A stretch of 62,980 nt of DNA, filler included, from Choristocarpus tenellus KU-1152 (Eukaryota; Protista; Phaeophyceae), in assembly GCA_964200185.2 (NCBI GenBank). It is 6 parts of 6 records of this genome, joined end to end, with 100 filler letters (N's around TTAATTAATTAA, not from the genome) between each part and the next. Parts side by side here need not be neighbours in the genome. Positions count along the whole stretch, not along the records: positions 1 to 24,414 come from CAXNAD020000212.1; 5 more parts are not named here. One strand, given 5' to 3'. Under the pieces are notes generated by a model, which saw nothing but the letters and a program-made list of their open reading frames with translations, did not search any database and had not been told where the DNA came from. Shown here in pieces: positions 1 to 16,081 of this stretch. Position numbers and translations under genes: made by a program. Positions within the stretch are counted from its first letter, which is position 1. Every line of letters starts with the position of its first letter.

Positions 1-1035
1 CTCCCAAGAATCCAATAAACCCCTCCGTGCCCATCTCCCTGGTGACTCTAGCTTAAAACGTTTCATATCGTCGACTCCATCTATGTCACAATTCAGACGA
101 CTATGAACATGGACCATGTACAAACAAGTTCGAACATATATATGCTGAGTTCATGATCATGAAACGTTTTAACATGGCTGACGTGAACCCGAAATATGAC
201 CTACATTGGGCATGCTAACTGGCTCGGACAGTGAAACGTTTTGGGTAAGAGGGATCGAGGATAGTAGTAGAGGTCGTTAAGTTAGTTTTCATGGTTTTTC
301 CCCTGATACATCATCCAAATGTCAGAGGGCGTAATAATAAAGTAGAGTGAAATAGTAGAGGTGGTAACATGATAATCGAAACCACCAGAAAAGAACTGTG
401 AGTTTGAAGGGATTTTGAACTTCATGTGGGTAGGTCACTAACATAACCATAATATGTTGTATATTTTCATGAAACCATACCCTATCATAGAATCTTTGGG
501 GCAAGGATTTGGATATAGATAAACACCACAACTATGTCCGAAGTCAAACTTTGAACTACTATATTATTGTTTTTTTCTCTTGGATTATAAAACAACTGTA
601 ATTGTAAATTTACATAGAAGATGGATGAGTCATTCATTACTGACGTTTCTATAATATATAAAATATATCTCAATTGTGTCTCATTCGGGTTTCGGGTTGT
701 TGGTGCAAAGAAGTGGAGCCCTTTCATTGGCCAACAGTAAAATAATTAGGTTGTATAATTGAACTCAATTTGCCGCTCCTGACACATTCACCGCCCCTGC
801 ACAAACTCAATGAATGGGACGTGACCAGTTCTAAACTCTAACAAACGCAGATTCCATATCTCACATCGCTTGTCTGTGAACAACAAGACAATATTGGAAG
901 CAGTCTTGTTCAGTATTTCAAGGGACAAAGCTAGAGAGATTTGTGTAGAAGGAAGTTTAGTTTGAGATCTCAGGTTGGTTGTGGGTAAACGGGGTATAGG
1001 ATTTGGTGCTTCTATCTGAGCAAAGCTGATTTATA

Positions 1036-3813
1036 ATGCCCATCAGCGGCGAATATACCATGAGGGCCCAGCCCAGGAGGAGGAAAGACACGAAGGATGA
1101 GCCTATTTTCCTGAGAAAGACTTACGAGATGATTAATTCCTGCGACGACATTTTTGCTGCGTGGAGCGAGAAAGGGGACACCTTTGTTATCAAAGACCCC
1201 GACGCTTTCGCAAACAACGTGATACCAAAATTTTTCAAGCGTGAGTGAATAATTATGTACATGTGCACATGAGTAATAATTGCACGAACTCAGCGTAGAA
1301 TGCCCTCGTTCATTTCTCGATTTGACGCCTACTTCCTCCTACTCAAAAATTAACATTTGCTGTGGAGAAAAGGGTGGATGCATTCTTGACTGGATCGGAT
1401 AAGCTTCTTCTCATCTGAATTTTACTCCCCACTCTCCCTCCTATGCCTAATCTCATGTTCTATTTCATCACAGACAACAAATTTTCTTCTTTCGTGCGCC
1501 AGTTGAATTTCTACGGCTTCCGTAAGGTCAAGTCGAATGTTGCAGTGGACGGTGCTGACACAAAGTGGTGGGAATTTAAGGTCAGGATCCGTGTCTCATC
1601 ATTTTGTTGACCAAATGCTAACGCGATTCTCGTTCAGACGGAAGTCTCAACATTTGATCAATACCCTCATTCTTAAATAGTGCCCTCATGGTTACTACTA
1701 GGTTTACGAACCTCTGATGCACATACTTATATATCCCTGTAAAAATAAGCCCAACAAGTGCAATTTACTTAAGAAATCACATAAGCGACCTTACCAGGTA
1801 TTTCCAGCCTTACGAGTTCCTCTTCTTGGTGTAGTACGCATTTTGTGCATGAGTCGGGTGAACACCTACACCTTTGCTATTATTCGTGGCTTGCTCGATA
1901 TGCGAGAGATTGTTGGATATCTCCCGAAAACACAGAAGAACATAGCAATTGGTTGTACACGAGTCTTGTGATGCTATCTACGCTTTGCAAAATTCATCCC
2001 TTTCACGTATGGAAGACATAGTATATTGGTGTGGTTCCGTAGTATCACTATGGTGATCAACCCTTGACTCCAGCCTCAATCGCACCTCAACCCTTGCCCT
2101 TTTCTATCCAACCCAATCATAACTGGTGCGAATGTACAGCATGACCTTTTTTTGCGTGGTCAGGCTCATCTCCTCTCTGAGATCCGGCGTGCCACTCATT
2201 ATGGTGTGACTCCAGAGAAGCAAGAGGTGGATGAGTTGCGATCAGAGGTAGCAACACTCCGTCTGCAGGTGGCTGATATGGATGGCCGTATTGAATTCCT
2301 GTCCAGAATGGTGGATGACCTCTTGCAGAGCAAGTTCAAGGGACTTAAAGTGGATGATGATATGTCGCCTGTTCCCATCCCAGCCCAGTCAGCCCCAGAC
2401 GAAAAAATCGTAAATGCTGGGGATGACTCTAATGGCTCCAAGAAGAGGAGATTGGTGTCTGCCGGTCTCATAGAGGAGGATGAGAAGAAAAGTACAACTG
2501 CAGGAGGGAATATGGAGGTACCAGTGATGGTAAAGGAAGCTTGCCCAGGAGGGGTGGCTGCTGGGTATCGGAGTGGGATAGGAGCAGGCCCCTGGGCAAG
2601 CACGGCAGGTCCCCTTCCAGTAAAGATGGAACTGGTACCATATGAGGAACCCGAAACTTTGTCGATGTCTAACTTGTCCCCAAGGCTTGAGGCAATGGGG
2701 CCTGTGGCAAGTGGGACAAGGTCACCGATAATGGAGGAGACTCAGCCGTCTCAACGCCTGCAACAAGAGGACAGTGAAAGAGGTATTCTTGGTGTTGACA
2801 TTCACAACAGAACAGGTGATCCAGAGGGTTTCATGGTGGTTGGAGGTGGACCCCTGTCCCGTTCCAACTCGTTCATGAATGTGCTGGATGGTATGGTGGG
2901 GTTGGGTTCATTTGCATCGTCTTCAGGTTCAATTGGCTCTATGATAGTGGACATTGCTGAGGAAACCACTGCAAACAATGAGAGATCCAGGAGCAAAGAT
3001 GATAGTGAGCAGGAAGCTTGTTCAGAGCTGGACATGCTGAGTTACAGCTTGCTAGATCTTGACTTTGAAAGAGAAATCACCTCTATGAACAGGGAAGGGG
3101 GAAGTGGTTCAGGAGAGGTGGTGGGTGAGACCTTGATGCCGACAATGGCTTGGGAAACGAACTCGGAGCTCAGCACTTCCAGCTTCCCGTTGGCTGTACA
3201 GTCAACTGTTGGTGCAGGTGAGAGTGATGGAAGAGGCGCACTGGAATCGGAGTCTGAAGTGGAGGTTGATGTTGGTTATGAAGATGATATGACTCCTTCA
3301 GAGGAGAATATAGGGGGGGTGGTATCCGTGGCAAAACCAAGTGAGCTATCAGCAACTCAATCAGTGAAGCTGGCAGAGCTTACAGCATCCCTCAATGCTA
3401 TGCCAGAAGAGAGTCGTCGGAAGCTTGCTGAGGGCCTTCTGACTTTGGCCCAGAATCCTGATGTTGCTGCCGCACTTGCATCAAATAAAGCTCACAAGGG
3501 GAAACACATGCCTGTAACAACTTCAACTTCTTGTGCTGTGGATGAGAAACCCATCTCTGGTAGCAATGTCCTCACTCCACCCGAAGGTGAGCCATCAGCA
3601 TTCACTGTTGCATACACAAATCCGATTGTGAATGCTGCAGGGGCACCCGAGATTGCTCTGCCACTTGCAAGTGCTGCTCTGGGCGCATTTATGGTTCACT
3701 ATGCTCAAGCGCAACACATCAAGGTCACCGAGCCTGCAGTGTCATCTGTTGGTGCAGATGCTTCCACACTCCGGCGGAGAATGGAACGAACAGCATCACT
3801 ACAGCATGTCTAG
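1036..3813 (+). CDS. HSF: Heat shock transcription factor (HSF DNA-binding domain + coiled coil), 3 exons
   Basis: Exons 1036-1240, 1474-1580, 2140-3813 with GT-AG introns in compatible phase. The spliced protein reads PIFLRKTYEMI...[46 protein letters not shown]...WWEFKHDLFLRGQAHLLSEIRR (HSF signature), followed by a heptad segment EVDELRSEVATLRLQVADMDGRIEFLSRMV. Confidence 0.95.
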
Positions 3814-6800
3814 TTGGCAATATGTGTGAGTTGTGTTCCTTTGCATGACATCAAAGGGGAGGCCACCCTATTTGGTCTTGGATCTCTCACCAATGCCCTT
3901 CTTCTCATCATACAGATATGACGTGTGTTGCTTGACTGCAAATATTCACACACTGTGTTTAGAGGGTCAAATACCGTTGCAATTTGGAATGCCTATCCGT
4001 ACTGTCATGCTGTTTTCCTCGTTAGCTGTACATCTGTTGATCCCACTCTGGATGAGTCCCTGACCTGTCTTTGTTATTATGTGGTAGTGTGTGTTATTTG
4101 TTGGTATATTTGTGTGTAGCTGGTAATGAAGTAGGAGGTTAAGAGTGTAGCTCTCCCATACTTCAGGACTATGTAGAGGATGTGCAGCAGGGTGGCACTG
4201 TACCATATAATTTACATTACAGTACATCCAACTTTTGAGATGCAGAGCCCAGGAATTTTGGATTTCAGCCATCATTAGATAGGTTGATTTTTGGGGCTGT
4301 GATTGCTTTCAGAAGACGAGTTTAGTCATGTGAAGGCAGGATAAGAAGCAAGGCTGAATCTGATTCCCCCCCCTATCGCCTTATCCCATAAGCATCTGTT
4401 ACATTATAAGCGTAAGATAAAGTGTACATATTTTGTTTGAGAGGTATGTCCGGCTGAAGTACTGGATCTAGAGGCTAGCAGGGTGGGAGGACCAAGGTGT
4501 TCGAGTCAGATGTAATCCGATAAACAAGCCAAGTCCCAACAAGCAAAATAGTACTGTTCTACCTCTTTGTAGAGGCTGGTCCTGTATGGCGCCTGGGTCG
4601 TAGATGTTGACTGGTTTTTGAGTTGAGGGTGGTAGTTTCTACTACAAAGAAGGCATTTGCCTTATAAGTCACTGAAGAGAGTAGAGCTTGCAACACTGTA
4701 CTGTAGATAAGTATGCTCTACTGTAGGATTTTGTTCATGCGTATATAATATCCGTATATACACCATAAAAAGATAAGGCATGTAAAGTTCTTAACCAAAC
4801 TCTTCCGACTTGTATTCAGTTAGTCCATTTTTTTTCATGATTCCACTTGCCCCTTTTTAACCTTGAGACCAAAACAGTAAACATCAAAATAATTTTGAGT
4901 AAATGGAAAACTGTCATTGGAGCAGTGTCTTGATGTTTTCAATCGGGACTCTTTTCTTTTACCTGCTCGATTTATGTTGTGCCATCAAATGTGTAGATTG
5001 TGATATTGTGGAAATGTAGTGTTATCCTCAAGCAAAGGTTGACCGCATTATATAGATACTGTGCATCTCATCCATTGTTGATGTTGACAATACACACAAT
5101 AGCCCTTTTTTTTTACTAATGAGGCTTATATAATCTTGATTCAGTCCCTAAGTGTAGAGTGGAAAGCAGATACCACAGTATTGTGAGGATTGAGACTCAA
5201 CTCATACAAGAACCAAGCACATAAGGTTTCATCAGCTCAGTTGGTGGGTTGAGAGAGATAATAAGCAATGAAACTGAGGCGAGTACTATACGATGGGTTG
5301 TGGAGTGAGCATAGAGTCAGGAAGACGATCCTTACAGACACGACAAACAAGAACTGCGTTATGTGTGATGACTGGGCACAGAAAACAGAAGGGAAAGGGG
5401 GAAGACACACTATCAAGCCCTAGATTGATCACAGATTTGTTCTTGTCCTGATGTCCCAGTAAATTTTGGTTTGACCATCAACAACAAGTTGATTGCCACT
5501 AGTTCTTGGTTACAGGTTATACATTTTGTCGAGGTGGTGGTGGAGGGGCCTCTACAAAGAGTGATTCATATTTTGCACATATTTATTTTCTTTAATCTGA
5601 CCTAAACCTGCCTTACATTGTATGATAGCATCATTTCCTCCGCCCCACACCCTACACCATTTTGCCACACCAATGGTATATGAAAGTGAGACAGAAAAGG
5701 GATCAATCGTAAATAATGAATACTTTCTTTGCCTGGACTAGCAGCTTACTGGTGCTAAATCATCAATTGCACACACTGATAAGACACAAAAACACAAAAA
5801 TATATAAAAATGAAACAAAAACACACCAGAAACATTGCGAGCGACTCGAAAAGTACGATGATACCCTTCATCCTCAAAGGGGTGGGGAGGGTAGGGATCA
5901 ACATCAGCAAGCAAAGGGCACTATCTATCAAGCACCGCATGGGATTGGTGGGGGATGAAGAGGGGAGGGGTGCAGAAGAAATCAACAGCAGAATAGTCAA
6001 ACCAGACCGAAATGACTGGCACAGAGGGGATATAGGGGAGGTGTAATATGGACAGTGTGCACTGGTGTGGGCTGGTAACTTTGGGTGCAACTCTCCGACA
6101 CTTCTAACTTGCATGACATGCAAGATAGGTTTGAAAGGGGGTGGTGATTGTGGGCGTAAGTCTGCATACCTTGAGGGTAGGAAGGGCTGTGGGGAATAAG
6201 AACAAGGAGAGCAACAGGGGTGTATGGCTGCCTGCCAGGAGGGACTGATTCAATATTTTGGCAACACAAAAATGTCCAAACATGAACTCCACCTGGTATC
6301 CTGTCTGTGATACAGCAGCTACATCCTCCTGCCACAACAAGGAAAATGCGAACCCTTCCTGAACTGTTGTCCAATTTTGGAGGGTGGCTGCGTTTGTCAT
6401 TCCCTTCTATGACAAGACCTCAAGCAACCACATCATCTCTTCCCTCCCCCCCACTGCTACACTTACCCTTTTGCAGGGGCACTTCTTTCAAGTCAATGCT
6501 TCCACAGCACACTCTCTCCTACATTGCAGATCAAAAACACAGCACAAATTTCGTCAGAACTTCACAGCAACAATAAAAGTAATCTCCTGACGTAGAAAAC
6601 CCCACCGTACAAGAAAAACACAAAATCCCCAGTCGAAAGGTCGTGAGCCATGTTGTGATAGTTAGGCCTTGTGGAGCATTCCCCACCACCTTACAGCACA
6701 CACCAGCACAATATGCGCTTGTATTCCCCAAATTTTGCCTCAAGGTCACAAAAGTGCAACAAAGGTTGGTAGCCTGCAGCCTTCCAAACACCCCGATACC

Positions 6801-7173
6801 ACTCTGCATCAGAAAATTTTGCCCTTAATATGCAAACAATATTGTCAAAGCACAAAAGCAAACCACTCATCACTTCCCACCTCCTGCATTAACACTCTTA
6901 CCCCTGACTGTGTTCAGATTCAAAAGCCTTGTTACAGTTACAGATTCCACCACAATCTGGGGTATACCTCATCTTAACTCTCAAGGGCTAAAGCCATTCC
7001 CCTACACCCTAGGAGCATGCCATAGACCATAGCACCTGCCCTGGCCCAGAGCATGGCCTACGAGCCACCACTTGTCCTAGATCCCTCCAGTCATGTGCAC
7101 AGGTGACTGATGGTCTCAACAGGTTTCCATCCCCCTCCCCCCCCTCCTCTACCTCCTCACCCCATGGTTCCCC

Positions 7174-10290
<3,117 letters not shown>

Positions 10291-10569
10291 GATAAATCAG
10301 GTTATAATATGCAAGGAGAATTTCACTTTGAAGAGCAATTCTGTTGAGATGGATTATCTTTCCTTGGAAGCTCGAAGGGGAAGGCTAGCACGGATGCCAA
10401 TAGGTACAGCTGAAAGTGTCGAGTTAATGGTCCTCTGTCCCTCCCGCGAAATAACCTACTGTTCAAATTTGAATGCTGCGTATCACGTACAACTTAAAAA
10501 TACGGAACCGTATGAGAGTTGGGGATGGATTTTACCTCTCTTTTCCCCACCCTATCCATATATCAATTA

Positions 10570-12340
10570 CCATGGAGGCGTATTAGATATCTTGGTTGAG
10601 CTATGGGAAGCGATTTGTACATCCCGGAACTCTTTCCTCCCTGAGTTTGGAGGATCCATGCAGCCTCTCAACTCTCTGTCGTAAGTGCCTCTCCATAGGA
10701 CGTGATTCTTTCTTCCGGAGGGGATTTGGCTTGGTATTGTACAGTGCCTCGCATCCGTATTTGGAGCAGCAACTGGGGACATAGGACATTTTGATATTGG
10801 TGTTCCCAACCGTGTGGAGTGAACCCTACAGCACACCCTCCTACGGCACGAGTGTAGGGAATGGGTCTTAAGCCTAGACGGGAAGAATTCATTTAGCGAT
10901 GTGTGTATCGCTTTGCCCTCATTGCGGTTATCCTAGAGGCCCTGCCCTGTGCAGAAAAGAGGTCTATGAAGACTTGACGGATATATTCTTCCCTTTGGAG
11001 AAAGGGGTGGGAAATTATACGCCTTTCCCCCCCTCACGGTCATCAGCCTTGGCAACCCTTTGCAATCAGAGCTGGATCTCCTGATTACAATGGGCACCAC
11101 TCCTGCCCCAGATACTCTTGGTTTTGTCGCCGGAGGTGCTCCTATAGGCACGGACGCCTTTGTCCAATTCTTTGTGGTCGGAGAACTGGAGAGCTCTGCA
11201 GAGCGGAGTGTAGTCGCACACACCAGTTATGTGGAGGATAAGCAAGTTGCATGACACCTCGACGCCTGGTCCCTCAGCCCCGTTTGAGCTACATGGTACG
11301 GGTCACCCCACCACGATTAGCAAATTCCACAATGGAGCAGGTGGACGACACTGCTTTGAGGGCATTTGAGAGGATCATGGAGGAGGTGCCACACGATGCA
11401 GCAGGGACACCAAGGTATGATATCGCCTGTCTCCTCCACCGGGTCCTTTTTGATACCTTCCACACTCAGCTGGCAAACCCCCTTATGGATCCGAGACCTG
11501 GAGGAGAATCTTCTTGGGAGGGAATCTTCTACTATGGTAGTAGCAGGTGACAGGAGGACCTAATGTGGGAAGGAGGCTGAGGCGTGGGCAACCACTCAAC
11601 CCCTTGAACCAGCAAGACGGATCCCTTCGCCAGAATTCTGCATCATGGTCAACAGTGTTTAGGAGTAGAGGAGACTGTCCAACCACTGCCTGGTGGCTGG
11701 ATGCAGAAGACGGGGTGTGGATACTAGGCATGTACACACATACCCTAGGCCTGGTGGTGAAGTGCAGCAGCACACGCCTATGGTTACGCATTTTCACAGT
11801 GTCTGCAGGCAGATGGGCTTCCCTTAGACCCTGGAGAATGGAAGTCCCTTAAACCATCAAATGCATTTTCCGTATGGATGCAATATTCCATGCCACGTCA
11901 CTGTCCAACACACTGACTCCTCCTTACCAGCAAAAGGGTCTGTTCCTGGATATGGTCTTTGCAGAAGTTTTAGTGGACTACAACCCATTAGACGTGTATA
12001 TGAACAATGGCATCAGTGCTGCTTTACCTGAGGCATGGAAACACAACCACTACTAAAGGTCTTCTGATCTATGTAGCTATAACTTCAACACCCTAACAAT
12101 ATTTAGTTTTGAGCGTCTTCATACACAAACAGTCCAATTCCTGGATGACCTGGCGAGTTGTGTGGGGAGGAGGGCTAGGAAGGGAGCAGTGAAGGTAAGT
12201 CTGCTTCACATTTTGTCCATCACAGCACAAGTAGGTGATTTAAGAGGTGTGGTGCACTTCAAGCTAGAATCACTGGACCGGTGGGCATGGCAGGGCTTGA
12301 CAAACTCGTGAGACTCTTCCCTTGTGTCTAGACCGCCTTC
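10570..12340 (+). mobile_element. Degenerate CRE-like (restriction-like-endonuclease type) non-LTR retrotransposon
   Basis: Broken frames give motifs in the expected order: HFDIGVPNRVE (~10787), LSLDGKNSFSD (RT motif LD..NAF, ~10867), GAPIGTDAFV (~11135), PRLSYMVRVTPP (~11278), and C-terminal FSFERLHTQTVQFLDDLASCVG..RKGAVKVSLLHILSITAQV (~12102-12232). Many stops and frameshifts; boundaries approximate. Confidence 0.7.
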
Positions 12341-12849
12341 ATAGTGCCATTTTGGGAATAGTTCGAGCGGAATGTGTCTTAGTAGGTTTCATGGTTGTTC
12401 TGGTTTTGTGACTTTCAAATATACAAGTATGCCTGGTGTATCGGAAGGCCCTTACTGTTAGTAATGTTGCTTTATTCTTTGTCTTGAGCATTGCTTCTTG
12501 TTCCCTCCATGACAACTGATAGAACATCTGTGCAATGTCAATAGGCATAATAGAATGCCCAATGACAATTTCCTGATATTTTTTCCCTAAAGGTGACAAG
12601 AAGCAATATTCAGGGCAGAGAATACAACAAACGCAAAGACAGCAGAGTGTGTATTTCTTACAAGATGACCATAAATGTAATACACCATAGTTGCAATATA
12701 TATATATGAAAATGAAAAGAAAAAAGAACTCTGTCCGCCCTAGGAATCTATTATGCACTGACTGGAAATTGTGTTTCTATACAACCGTGGAGCATATGAT
12801 GACACGTACAACGCCTGAAGCTACTCCTAGACTAGCACTATGGAGGTCG

Positions 12850-13100
12850 TCCTGAAACAAGGGAGGAATCCCACAAGTTGGTTAGGCTCCACCTCACTCA
12901 CTGGCCTGGTGTCTCCACCTGCTCTACGAGCCTTGGGATTGCCAACTGTGTTGCCACCGAAAAGTGGTTACATGCACGCCTTTACCGCTTCCCTTCCTGC
13001 CAAACTCTCCAGCCTCCTTTCTACCCTCCACATGAGTCGTTAATCCATTGAGAAATTGCTCTGCTTGTGTGCCGAGATGCTCAAAGGTGTTGAGATCGTA
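12850..13100 (-). mobile_element. 3'-end fragment of a related CRE-like non-LTR element
   Basis: The minus strand reads TFEHLGTQAEQFLNGLTTHVEG...RKG, then after a frameshift LSVATQLAIPRLV. This is homologous to the C-terminal segment at 12102-12260 (+). Confidence 0.6.
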
Positions 13101-14214
13101 CGTCATGTAATATACAGTAAAAGTGAGAATATGTGTTGCAGGTAGAATATACTGTATTTATTCATTTTCCTTTTTTGCATTATATTTCTTCTTCCAAATT
13201 TCTTCCATTTGTCTCTCTTTCTCCTTTGTTTAAATATCAAAGGTGTGGAGGAGTACTTGGAAGCACTACGAAAGTTTACCGCTTCACGCAAATATAATCG
13301 AGGAAACGGCCATAAAACTTTGTTCTTGACAATTGTCATCGTTGAGCACAATAGGGGCTCAAGCATTTTGCTGGACAATGGATGTTCGTAGGACAGAGAA
13401 AAGGTGTCAAACATTGCCCTCAGAGTGAAAGCTATGCACAAGCTGTTCCTAGACAATCATGAAGTTGAACAAATAGACCCTAGGAATGGATGCAATGTTT
13501 GGTCGCCACCGAAAGTTGTTCTCCTGGCAATGGATGTTATTGTGTGTAATCGAGAAGAAGGATCTGAAAGCTATCACGGATAATGGAAGATCTAGGCGGA
13601 ATATGGCTCATCTTCTAGACAGGGTAACATTAGCGCTGAGTGTTACGATTTCTGAATTATGAATATATTTCTTCACTACACAGGAGTTGGGCATTACTCT
13701 GGTGACTATAACAAACGGGGAACAACCAACCGCTACTACTACTTCAACCAGCATCTATTCATGACTAGCTACCACACCACCAGGTATGGTTAGAGAGGAT
13801 GAATTAAGCCATCTGTAGAACAGGGCTGGCTCCTCTCGAGCAGGTTGACTAGTCTTTTTTTATAGAAAAAATATGTAATAATTTTCCCCCTTCTTACTGT
13901 CTCTCTACTTTTCCCCAACCCTAGCTATGTAGTACCTTTCTTCCTTGCACAAGTGCAACCCGAACCTGCGAGGCCACTCAATATCCAGCAAGTAACTGAC
14001 ATACGCCTGTTGCTGCGCTCCATCAAAACCCCTTCTACAGTTCCAAATTCCTGTATGCTTAACTCAAAACACATACTTCTCTGTCAGATTCTTCCGTCCT
14101 ATCCAATCTTAAACTTTGCTTCACCCCCACAGCAATGATTCGTGATGACTGCAGCCAGTGCATGACAATATTGTACCTCCATTGTTTCCCTAACGCTTGA
14201 CTGCTCTTGTGTTT

Positions 14215-14473
14215 GAGCCAATGTATCTTAGAGGGCAGAGCTGCGTCCATTTGGGGTCCAAAACCCAATGTTGCGATTTTGATGTAATTTTGGCTATCGT
14301 GTTTGTTAGGAAGTGTCAAATATCCTTGTTCGGGACACACCTTTTCATAATATATACATTTTACGCACTCCGAAATATTTGGGACTAGGAAAAGTCATAA
14401 AACCCCCCGAGGGAAGCCAAGCCCCAAATGGACAAACAGGGTAAAATTCGTTCCCTCTGAGATACTTTCACTC
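14215..14473 (-). mobile_element. MITE family A (259 bp; TIR GAGTSAAAGTATCTTAGAGGG)
   Basis: Ends GAGCCAATGTATCTTAGAGGG ... CCCTCTGAGATACTTTCACTC; flanks GTTT/TTTT; body is the reverse complement of the copy at 14753. Confidence 0.9.
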
Positions 14474-14752
14474 TTTTGGTAATTCCTTACACTGGTCAGG
14501 ACTCGGGCTTTCTGCTCGTCCTTCCATTTTCTGTCTCTGATTGTTGAACATTCTTCTCCCCCTTTCTATCACACTGCAGCGTGAGCCTCGCTCTGCTCTG
14601 TCTCAATGCAGCATTCATCATCTGCACCTCATTCTACAGTACACAGTATTTTCCCACCAGAAGGGAGGGGGGTGCCCCCGGCGAATTCTTTGGGTGCGCT
14701 CCATGATTATTAGTCTCTGACACCCGCCCCCACACTCCTTCTCATGATATGT

Positions 14753-15010
14753 GCGTGAAAGTATCTTAGAGCGTATGAGTTTTGCCCTGTTTGTCCATTT
14801 GGGGCTTGGCTTCCCATTTTTTTTTTAATGACATTTTCCTACTCCAAAATATTTCGAGTAGGTAAAATGTGTACGTTATGAAAAGGTGTGTCCGGCATAG
14901 GAATGTACAGACTTCCTAACAAACACGATAGCCAAAACTATATCAAAATCGCAACATTGGACTCTGGCCCCCAAATGGACGCGGATCTACCCTCTAAGAT
15001 ACTTTGACTC
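14753..15010 (+). mobile_element. MITE family A
   Basis: GCGTGAAAGTATCTTAGAG ... CCCTCTAAGATACTTTGACTC; internal sequence colinear with the other copies. Confidence 0.9.
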
Positions 15011-15811
15011 TTTTCAAAGGCTATAGAACCAACCGTATTTCTAGGTCCGCCATCATGCACCTTTTCAGTTGTGTTGAGGTCAACGCTCTGCTGTGTGCAG
15101 AGAAGTGGTACAAATCATGTTTCAAAATGACTTCCGATAGAAACCAGAGTTCTCAGAGCCACAGTGAGTTCAAGGAGTCTGTCTCATGTGTTTTCTTATT
15201 GTGCTACCAATTGTAGTAATCTGTGCTATTAGTATTACCATTCTTTCTATGGCAAATTTCACGTATTATAGTCCCGTCTGCATGGCAGAAGGCAACCAAA
15301 AAAAGAGTCATAGAAATGAAGAGAAATGCTCTCATCACAAATAATATAATATATATGTATGATATTGAAACATAAAGGTGTTTGTGTGCATAAATAGGTA
15401 TAAAGACTGAAGTGTAGCTGCTGTATCCTCTTTCATCTCCAAGCAATTTTATCTGTTCTGTTGGTGGTATAAGAAGTGGAAAGTAGATTGTCATTTGCGA
15501 GCATTCTTCGTATATGTGCAATGTATGTGGGACAAAGAGCTGACCACGAAATATTCGTGTTGTGGCTGGCATGCTGGCTGACCTGTTAGCTGGCTGGTCG
15601 GTGCCGCTTTCACACTTTAAATGAATGCAAAAAAAGAAAATGAAAAACAGAAAATATCACGTTGTCTTGGTCAGTCATTCTAGCACTTGTGGTGAGTGTG
15701 ATGGCGTCAGCTACAACTATCCAGATATTTTCCCTTTTCTGGTGACATCTGCAATGGTGCTAGCTATTCTGTATCCACACATTATAGTATACCAGGGACA
15801 TATTGGCCCTT

Positions 15812-16081
15812 GAGTCAAAGTGTTTGGGGGGTGTGAAGGCCGTCCATTCGGGGCCCATTTTTCCATGTCGATTTTGTTTTGATCTTGACATCGTAACACA
15901 GTCCACACATGTCCAAGCACTAAGGACATATCCCAAGTGCAGGATATTCCACACATGATCAAAACAGGACCAACCCTCCACGACTAAAGACGCTCAAATA
16001 GACCATTTTTCCAACACCTGGTCGGGGCCCGAATTGACACCCTGGGCTAGACCCCCTCCCCCCCATTAGATACTTTGACCC
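15812..16081 (+). mobile_element. MITE family B, long variant (270 bp)
   Basis: GAGTCAAAGTGTTTGGGGGG ... CCCCCCATTAGATACTTTGACCC; 3-bp flanks CTT/CTT; carries GTCCATTCGGGG and GACACCCTGG motifs. Confidence 0.8.

Noticed and set aside
2199-3355. Antisense ORFs within HSF exon 3 (and similar ones over PCNA, NIT2 and BBS5)
   Set aside because: Shadow frames of real coding exons.
5700-7100. Cluster of overlapping short ORFs between HSF and PCNA
   Set aside because: No recognisable motifs or consistent splice structure; probably decayed repeat sequence.
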